Assembly (NCBI GenBank): GCA_963829535.1
Contig: CAWHIQ010000001.1
Coordinates: forward strand, 1,001,255-1,033,254
DNA: 32,000 bases
Reading direction: 5' to 3'
From: an uncultured Acidobacteriaceae bacterium
Lineage (GTDB): Bacteria; Acidobacteriota; Terriglobia; Terriglobales; Acidobacteriaceae
In this document: positions 25,091-32,000 of the stretch, in pieces
Numbering within the stretch: the first letter of the stretch is position 1
Layout of the letters: every line of letters begins with the position of its first letter
Notes under the pieces: generated by a model
Seen by the model: the letters and a program-made list of their open reading frames with translations, nothing else
Databases searched by the model: none
What the model was told of the DNA's origin: nothing
Program-made: the position numbers and the translations under genes

Positions 25091-25148
25091 GATTCCTCCA
25101 AGCCGGGGGTTAAAATTGGAGGAAGCTCTTGTAAGTTGTTGATTTTAT

Positions 25149-25225
25149 GGGCGAGTAGCTCAATCGGATAGAGCACCGGCCTTCTAAGCCGGGGGTTGTG
25201 GGTTCGATTCCCGCCTCGCCTACCA
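25149..25225 (+). tRNA. tRNA-Arg (anticodon TCT), copy 2; right 77-bp direct repeat of the island
   Basis: Identical at all 77 nt to 10449-10525, and followed by a strong intrinsic terminator. Confidence 0.9.
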
Positions 25226-25233
25226 TTTGACTC

Positions 25234-25266
25234 AAAAGGGATTGCCGATTCGGCAATCCCTTTTTC
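25234..25266 (+). terminator. Rho-independent terminator after tRNA-Arg copy 2
   Basis: AAAAGGGATTGCCG-att-CGGCAATCCCTTTT followed by further T residues. The stem is perfect at 14 bp (11 bp GC-containing core). Confidence 0.75.
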
Positions 25267-25544
25267 ATTCGTGGTTTCATGGATCCACTCCCGAGGGGAT
25301 CTTATGGGGGCCCGGGAGAATTCCCGAAAAAGCCGGGCAACATTGCTAGACTCGTTCAAGGTCGCCGCTTCAGTAGAATTTCCCAGCGCAACCGAAATAC
25401 GTGGTTGGCACGTTTTTGCCGATTTCGGGCTCGGGCGCGTGCAATTTCATCCCCCGTTTTGATTCGATGCGATGAACCAAATCTTCAGCGCTGCGGGATG
25501 AGCGCGCCGTACGTGCAAAGGGATCATTCTGATTTGGCAGGTCA

Positions 25545-28500
25545 ATGGGCTCAAGCTCGGAGGTCACGTCTACACCCGGGGGGACATCTGTGAGATATTT
25601 TGCCGCATTGGCAACTGCGGGCGTGCTGGTTGCAGCCGGTTGCCTTGGTCAGGATGTGGACACGCAAGTTTTGCATTCGCTTCACTGGCGGCTGATCGGC
25701 TCCTTTCGCGGCGGTCGCGTTAGCGCAGTCGCGGGCGTACCCGGTGATCCCAACATCTACTACTTCGGTACGCCCGGCGGCGGTATCTGGAAGTCGACGG
25801 ACGCGGGCCGGGTTTGGGAACCCATCTTCGACAAGGAGCGGGTCGCCTCCATAGGGGCACTTGCTGTGGCGCCCTCGGATTCCAAAATCATCTACGCCGG
25901 CACGGGGGAGCAGACGCCGGGGAAGGGCGTCTACAAATCCTCCGACGAAGGCAAGACCTGGACCCGCGCGGGACTTGAAGACACGCGGTTCATCCAGGCA
26001 ATCATCGTGGATCCGCAGAACTCCGACATTCTGGTCGCGGGCGCCAATTCGATTGGCGTATATGTTTTCGCGCGCCCCTATCCGAAGAATGATCTTTCCA
26101 TCCCGCGAGGCGTCTTCAAGTCCACTGACGGCGGCAAGACATGGAAGCAGACTCTCAACAAGGACGACTCCGCGGGCGTATTCGATATGGTGGCTGACCC
26201 GGATGATCCGCATGTCCTGTACGCTTCGCTGTTGATGCCTGCGCCGGAGCCTGACTCCGAGAAGAAGGAGAGCGGCGCCACCGCGAAGGAGAAAGAGCCG
26301 GAAGACACCTCGGTAATTTACAAATCCACTGATGAAGGCTCGACATGGGCTCCGCTGGTTTCAAAAGGGCTGCCCGAGACGGGCCGTGGTCGGCTCGGCA
26401 TTGCGGTTGCTCCGCACACCCGGGGCAAGAGGCTTTATGCCGTGATCGAACAGGGATTCTTCCGCTCGGACAATGGTGGTGAAACGTGGAGCAAGTCGAC
26501 GCAGGATCCGCGTATTCTGGGCAGTAGTTACTTTAGCCGGATATTTGTTGATACGAAGAACCCTGACGTTCTCTACATGGCACAAACCTCGCTTTACCGC
26601 TCGACGGACGGAGGACACACGTTTGAGGCGTTCGTCGGCGCACCGTCGGGCGACGACTTTCATGTGCTCTGGATCGACCCAACGAACCCGGGCCGAATGC
26701 TACTCGGTGTTGATCAGGGAGCCATCCTGAGCGTGGATGCGGGAAAGACCTGGAGCACCTGGTACAACCAGCCGACGGGTCAGTTTTACCACATCACGAC
26801 GGACGACCAGTTCCCGTATCGCACCTATGCTGCCCAGCAGGACAGCGGCACGCAGTCAGTACCTAGCCGCAGCGATAATGGCGAAATTACCGAGCACGAC
26901 GACGAGCCGGTGGGCGGATTTGAGTTTTGCAACATTGCGCCCGACCCGCTGCATCCGAACTGGATTTATTCGGGCGGCTGGTTCGGATCCGTTGTCCGAT
27001 ACGACAGCAGGACCGGACAGATTGCGACCGTCTTCGAAAAAGGGAACCGGTACCGTGCAAGCCAGATGCCGCCACTGCTTTTTTCTCCACATGATCCGCA
27101 CACCCTCTACTTCGCCACGCAGTACGTGATGAAAACGACGGACGAAGGAAGGACGTGGGACACGATCAGCCCGGACCTGACGGAGTGGAAGAATCCGGAT
27201 GGAGCGAAGCCCGCTCAAGGTGCGCCGCGGCCGCCGGCGATTGAGGCTCTCGCGATTTCGCCCATTGACGCAGGCGAAATGTGGGTTTCGACGACCAATA
27301 GGCTTGTGCAACTCACGCGCGATGGCGGCGCGCATTGGCAAAAGGTGACTCCGCCGGGGGTCGACAAACCGTCAGAGATCCTCTATGCGGAGCCCTCACA
27401 CTTTGTTGCCGGCGAGGCCTTCCTGACGGTCGGAACAAGCCGGCAGGCGGTGCTTCCAGAGATCCTGCGCACGCGCGACTTTGGTGCTACGTGGCAATCG
27501 ATCGTGAATGGACTGCCCACGGACGAAAGCGTTCTTGTGGTGCGCGAAGACACGGTACGCAAAGGGCTGCTGTTTGCGGGAACCGCTTCGACCGTCTATG
27601 TCTCTTTCGACGATGGCGATCACTGGCATCCGCTCACCTTGAATCTGCCTGCTTCTTCGGTTACAGACATCGATGTGCACGGAGACGACCTGGCGATTTC
27701 AACCTATGGGCGCGGACTCTGGATACTTGATGATATTTCGCCGATTCGCAATCTCACATCTGAGATGCTCGCCGCTCCGGTACAACTGCTGCCGCCGGCG
27801 ACTGCGATGCGAGTTCGCTGGGATAACTGGGAAGATACGCCGCTGCCCATTGAAACGCCGACCGCGAAGAATCCAGTGGATGGTGTTTTGCTCGACTACT
27901 ACCTCAAGACTGCGCATCCCGGCGCGGCACAGATCACCATTCGTGATGCCGGCGGCAACGTGATTCGCAGATACACGGGAAACATGAGTGAGCCCAGGCT
28001 GCCGCCGCCAAATGTGCCCGAATACTGGTTTGAAAAGACGGAGTCTGTTGACGGTTCGGCGGGGCTGCACCGCTTTGTGTGGGATCTGCGATACGACTCG
28101 CCCAAGGCGCTGCCGGCTTCTTACTACGGGCCGATCCTGCAATACACCGAGTACACGCTGGCCGATCATGCGATTCCACATGAAACCCCAAGGCAGCAAC
28201 CGCAAGGTCCCTTGGTTGTGCCGGGAAACTATACCGTCGAGCTTGCGGTGGACGGACAAACCTATCGGCAGCCACTTAACGTCAAGCTCGATCCTCGTGT
28301 GCACGCGTCGAATGAGGATCTGGAGGTTCAACTGGTGCAGGCGCGGCGGCTCGTAAGTGGAATGAGAGTTTCCTACGACGAGTACGAGATGCTCGAGGCC
28401 CTGACAAAGGCGATTGAAGGCAAGAAGAAGGAGAAGTTGGAGACCGCCGAGTTGGACAAGCAAATCAAGACGGTTGCTGAGGGCACGCACGAGCAGCCCG

Positions 28501-28721
28501 GCCTGGGTCCGGTAAATCGCGACCTCGGGCGCCTCTTGTTTGGAATCGAGTCAGCCGATCAGCGTCCCTCGGCTCCCCAGTTGCAAGCCATCGAAGAAGA
28601 GTGTGGCGCACTGACCAAATCGCTGGCACTCTGGAAGCAGCTAAACGACGGACTCGCGAAACAGAATCCGCTGAATTTGCCCGTGGATACCGAGGTGCCT
28701 TCAACCGGTTGCGCTCAATAG
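25545..28721 (+). CDS. Secreted Asp-box (BNR) repeat beta-propeller protein, sortilin/Vps10- or GH74-like (1058 aa)
   Basis: Repeated S-x-D-x-G-x-T-W motifs: KSTDAGRVW, KSSDEGKTW, KSTDGGKTW, KSTDEGSTW, RSDNGGETW, RSTDGGHTF, SVDAGKTW, TTDEGRTW, TRDGGAHW, TRDFGATW. GTG 25590 is a likely alternative start that gives a signal peptide (VRYFAALATAGVLVAAGC). Confidence 0.85.
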   Translation: MGSSSEVTSTPGGTSVRYFAALATAGVLVAAGCLGQDVDTQVLHSLHWRLIGSFRGGRVSAVAGVPGDPNIYYFGTPGGGIWKSTDAGRVWEPIFDKERVASIGALAVAPSDSKIIYAGTGEQTPGKGVYKSSDEGKTWTRAGLEDTRFIQAIIVDPQNSDILVAGANSIGVYVFARPYPKNDLSIPRGVFKSTDGGKTWKQTLNKDDSAGVFDMVADPDDPHVLYASLLMPAPEPDSEKKESGATAKEKEPEDTSVIYKSTDEGSTWAPLVSKGLPETGRGRLGIAVAPHTRGKRLYAVIEQGFFRSDNGGETWSKSTQDPRILGSSYFSRIFVDTKNPDVLYMAQTSLYRSTDGGHTFEAFVGAPSGDDFHVLWIDPTNPGRMLLGVDQGAILSVDAGKTWSTWYNQPTGQFYHITTDDQFPYRTYAAQQDSGTQSVPSRSDNGEITEHDDEPVGGFEFCNIAPDPLHPNWIYSGGWFGSVVRYDSRTGQIATVFEKGNRYRASQMPPLLFSPHDPHTLYFATQYVMKTTDEGRTWDTISPDLTEWKNPDGAKPAQGAPRPPAIEALAISPIDAGEMWVSTTNRLVQLTRDGGAHWQKVTPPGVDKPSEILYAEPSHFVAGEAFLTVGTSRQAVLPEILRTRDFGATWQSIVNGLPTDESVLVVREDTVRKGLLFAGTASTVYVSFDDGDHWHPLTLNLPASSVTDIDVHGDDLAISTYGRGLWILDDISPIRNLTSEMLAAPVQLLPPATAMRVRWDNWEDTPLPIETPTAKNPVDGVLLDYYLKTAHPGAAQITIRDAGGNVIRRYTGNMSEPRLPPPNVPEYWFEKTESVDGSAGLHRFVWDLRYDSPKALPASYYGPILQYTEYTLADHAIPHETPRQQPQGPLVVPGNYTVELAVDGQTYRQPLNVKLDPRVHASNEDLEVQLVQARRLVSGMRVSYDEYEMLEALTKAIEGKKKEKLETAELDKQIKTVAEGTHEQPGLGPVNRDLGRLLFGIESADQRPSAPQLQAIEEECGALTKSLALWKQLNDGLAKQNPLNLPVDTEVPSTGCAQ

Positions 28722-28826
28722 CGACGTGATCGCCAGAAATCACGGTCAGATGCTCCGACGCGACATCAATGTTGTACGCACGGTGCCCACCGGCGTCTGC
28801 GGAGTGATCGCGTCTCCAGCCATCCG

Positions 28827-29105
28827 CTAAATGTTTTCGACTTTTTTATTCTTAAGGGATTGACCAATGTGGATTGGAGGGTACTCGCATTCTGCGAAAA
28901 CCCACTCACGGTCCTTCCCATCGATAAGAGCTGAATCAAACAGAATTACTGTCTTGCAGTGTCCGCAACGAAAGCCAAGGTGTCCTCTGTCCCAATTCGT
29001 CTTTTTGAACCAGCCAAGGTCGGTTTGCGATATTTTCAGCGTGCTTTTGCAGCTTGCGCATACGACCTTTTGTGACCATTCGGGTCCGACTGAAACGATT
29101 TCCAT
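28827..29105 (-). CDS. Hypothetical zinc-ribbon protein (92 aa)
   Basis: ATG 29105 (MEIVSVG...) lies 7 nt after AGAGGAG. There are two CxxC pairs (CASCK ... CGHCK). It is markedly AT-rich relative to its neighbours. The ORF is open to 29168. Confidence 0.5.
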   Translation of the reverse strand: MEIVSVGPEWSQKVVCASCKSTLKISQTDLGWFKKTNWDRGHLGFRCGHCKTVILFDSALIDGKDREWVFAECEYPPIHIGQSLKNKKVENI

Positions 29106-29357
29106 GACTAGCTCCTCTTGCATTTTCTTGGTCTGCTGCTCCGTTGGGCTTCGGCGCCGGACAGGCATCGCAGGACTTCGTCACACGGGGAAACCGAAGT
29201 AGTCGAATCCTCTTCTGTCCAAGTGTTAGCGATTGTAATCGACTGCGGGACGTCCCAGACAAGTGGATTTCGTGTGGACTTGCGTGAGCCGAATTGGAGG
29301 AGGGGTTTTCGGAAAAACGCCGAGTGTGCCAATGAGGAATTGGATTCCTTTCACACA

Positions 29358-29753
29358 TCATGCCTGGTATTGCTCGTCGCTCACTTTTTCCATCCAATCG
29401 ACGGTTTTGCCATCGAGCTTCTCCTGAATCGCGATGTGCGTCATCGCCGTCGTTGGCGCCGCGCCGTGCCAATGCTTCTCTCCGGGTGCGAACCAGAGGA
29501 CATCGCCCGGCCGGATTTCCTCGATCGGTCCACCCCACTGCTGCGCCCTGCCACAGCCGGACGTGACAACGAGCGTTTGGCCGAGCGGATGCGTATGCCA
29601 TGCCGTTCGTGCTCCTGGTTCGAAGGTGACGTGCGCGCCAACGACGCGCGCCGGATCGGGTGCCGAGAATAGCGGGTCGACGCGCACGGTGCCCGTGAAC
29701 CAGTCCGCCGGTCCCTTTCCTGAAGGCTGGGAGCCCGCTTTTTTGATCTCCAT
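29358..29753 (-). CDS. Cupin-domain protein
   Basis: Cupin motifs: [17 protein letters not shown] ... [17 protein letters not shown]. Confidence 0.85.
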   Translation of the reverse strand: MEIKKAGSQPSGKGPADWFTGTVRVDPLFSAPDPARVVGAHVTFEPGARTAWHTHPLGQTLVVTSGCGRAQQWGGPIEEIRPGDVLWFAPGEKHWHGAAPTTAMTHIAIQEKLDGKTVDWMEKVSDEQYQA

Positions 29754-29827
29754 GGTCTTGTCCTCGGTGTATAAGTTGTTTTGGAACCGCTAAGTCGCGA
29801 TACACAGGAAGCAACTCGTCGGTTGAA

Positions 29828-30211
29828 TCAGCTCTTAACGGTGCGCGGCGAGATTCTAACAGTTGCGGAGCGCGCCCGCTCGCTGATCATCGGGGCGAGG
29901 TAAGGGCTTCCCTTGTATTTCTCACGGTACGCATCGTCGATGTCGTCGTTGATCGGTCCATCCACTCTTTCGAACGCCACTTCTTTCGTCATTCCGGCAG
30001 CCGCGATGCGACCCGCCCTCTGGCGAACGGCGGCGTTGTACCAGCGAGACTTTTGTCCGTTGTAGCCGCGCACGTAGAGAGCGCCGTCGACTGTTATGGA
30101 CCAGATCCAGGTCGGGGTGCCATAGGTTTTCCCGTCCTCGCGGAATGGTGAGATGTGCAAATCATCGGACTCCGCGATCTTGCGCAGTTCCTCGTTTGAC
30201 CACGCGCTCAT
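29828..30211 (-). CDS. DUF2255-family protein
   Basis: WSNEELRKIAESDDLHISPFREDGKTYGTPTWIWSITVDGALYVRGYNGQKSRWY is characteristic of DUF2255. Confidence 0.75.
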   Translation of the reverse strand: MSAWSNEELRKIAESDDLHISPFREDGKTYGTPTWIWSITVDGALYVRGYNGQKSRWYNAAVRQRAGRIAAAGMTKEVAFERVDGPINDDIDDAYREKYKGSPYLAPMISERARSATVRISPRTVKS

Positions 30212-30253
30212 TTCCGTTTCTCCTTTGTGCCTTTCCGTGTGTGCCTTACATCA

Positions 30254-31255
<1,002 letters not shown>

Positions 31256-31311
31256 TCACCTCTAATATCTGAAAGCGAATTACTCAAGCGTCGAATCCCC
31301 GCGAGCACCGC

Positions 31312-31788
31312 TTAATAGTGTTCCCAGGTGACCGACCAATGTTCGTCGGGCCGAGTTGACTTAATGATCAGGCGACCGTCCGGGTTTAGCTGGTAAACGC
31401 GTGGAAGGTCTTTCCCTACGAGGAGGTCGCGCGTGTTGGATCCCTGCACGTGATGGGTCAATGTGTGCGTTGCTTCATCCACGTCGTAGCTGCCGAACGA
31501 AGCCTCGTACCCATCCTGGACATACTGGTTCGATTGAGTGTTCGCCGACTTCGGGTACATAAGTTGCACCGACATGTGGCCATCGGACGTGTAGATTAGC
31601 ATCCCCTGTGGCTGTACGGTGTTCGCAGACTTGCCATCCGGCCCTGGCGAATCGATGTGCGCGAGGTGCCAGGCACCGACGAGCCTTTCCCGATCGGTGC
31701 GTGGCGTCTTCATTGACTGAGCCTGAGTAAGATTGGAGATCGCCATAAAAACAACGAATGCACCGCCGCACCGACTTTTCATTTTCAA
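31312..31788 (-). CDS. Secreted lipocalin-like domain protein
   Basis: A signal peptide is followed by LVGAWHLAHIDSPGPDGKS ... GMLIYTSDGHMSVQLM, the lipocalin-like beta-barrel family pattern. Confidence 0.65.
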   Translation of the reverse strand: MKMKSRCGGAFVVFMAISNLTQAQSMKTPRTDRERLVGAWHLAHIDSPGPDGKSANTVQPQGMLIYTSDGHMSVQLMYPKSANTQSNQYVQDGYEASFGSYDVDEATHTLTHHVQGSNTRDLLVGKDLPRVYQLNPDGRLIIKSTRPDEHWSVTWEHY

Positions 31789-31827
31789 TTTCTCCCGCCG
31801 ACGGCGCTCACCGGCCGTTGATCGCCC

Positions 31828-32000
31828 TCAGCGCCCAACCATTTTTTGGAGCTGCGCGGGGTAACGCTCCCCTTGCACCTCAATGCCGGATACCGCGTTC
31901 TCAATGTTGCGCAGGTCGTCGCTGGTCAACTCGACGCCTGCCGCACCCAGGTTCTCTTCCAGCCGATGCAACTTCGTCGTGCCCGGAATCGGAACGATCC
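31828..32000 (-). CDS. Aldo/keto reductase, 3' end only (5' end outside the window)
   Basis: The reverse-strand translation [56 protein letters not shown] parallels the C-terminus of 30254..31252. It is absent from the ORF track because there is no in-window start. Confidence 0.7.
   Translation of the reverse strand, partial: IVPIPGTTKLHRLEENLGAAGVELTSDDLRNIENAVSGIEVQGERYPAQLQKMVGR

Larger units (their letters stand above)
10449..25225. mobile_element. Integrative genomic island at tRNA-Arg(TCT), bounded by 77-bp perfect direct repeats; composite and partly decayed
   Basis: Perfect 77-nt repeats lie exactly 14,700 bp apart and identity stops at the tRNA ends on both sides. A tyrosine integrase lies next to the right repeat. 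The cargo is replication, R-M and RiPP genes, and the sequence is more AT-rich than the flanks. Confidence 0.85.

Noticed and set aside
27699-28490. 263-aa minus-strand ORF (and several others at 25551-28743) inside the Asp-box protein gene
   Set aside because: It is antisense to a 1058-aa frame with ten Asp-box repeats. These are shadow ORFs.
28936-29814. 292-aa minus-strand ORF spanning the zinc-ribbon and cupin genes
   Set aside because: It is in a different frame from the cupin gene, which has clear metal-binding motifs. Its Arg-rich composition is typical of an off-frame GC-rich artefact.

Overview
This is a high-GC bacterial chromosomal segment. Gene content (a FecR-like Trp-rich protein, a 1058-aa Asp-box/BNR protein, an orthocaspase lipoprotein) suggests Acidobacteriota, but that is inference only.

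Backbone genes:
- Left (1-10.4 kb): a FecR-domain protein, a two-gene caspase (C14) lipoprotein operon, a secreted hypothetical protein, a PP2C phosphatase, a CheY-like response regulator, tRNA-Pro, a DUF4112 protein, tRNA-His, an alpha/beta hydrolase and a hypothetical protein.
- Right (25.2-32 kb): a large Asp-box repeat protein, a cupin, a DUF2255 protein, two aldo/keto reductases and a lipocalin-like protein.

The centre is a ~14.6 kb integrative island that is visibly more AT-rich. It is bracketed by two identical full-length copies of tRNA-Arg(TCT) at 10449-10525 and 25149-25225, exactly 14,700 bp apart. An intact tyrosine integrase sits at the right end.

The island looks composite.
- The left part carries a tightly packed Dam-like methylase / ParB-like / PRTase-like triad, a T5orf172 GIY-YIG protein, and a type III R-M remnant (Mod N-terminus fused in frame to Res C-terminus). 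It also carries a frameshifted excisionase-like gene, a prim-pol/helicase split by a +1 frameshift, a putative origin, and a 5'-truncated second integrase.
- The right part carries the most interesting system. It is a minimal graspetide-type RiPP cluster with two paralogous 62-63 aa precursors (conserved leader, divergent Thr/Ser + Asp/Glu + 2-Cys core), a translationally coupled 64-aa ORF, and a microviridin-type ATP-grasp maturase. An XRE-domain protein and the integrase follow it.

All functional calls come from reading motifs in the supplied translations. No database search was possible.
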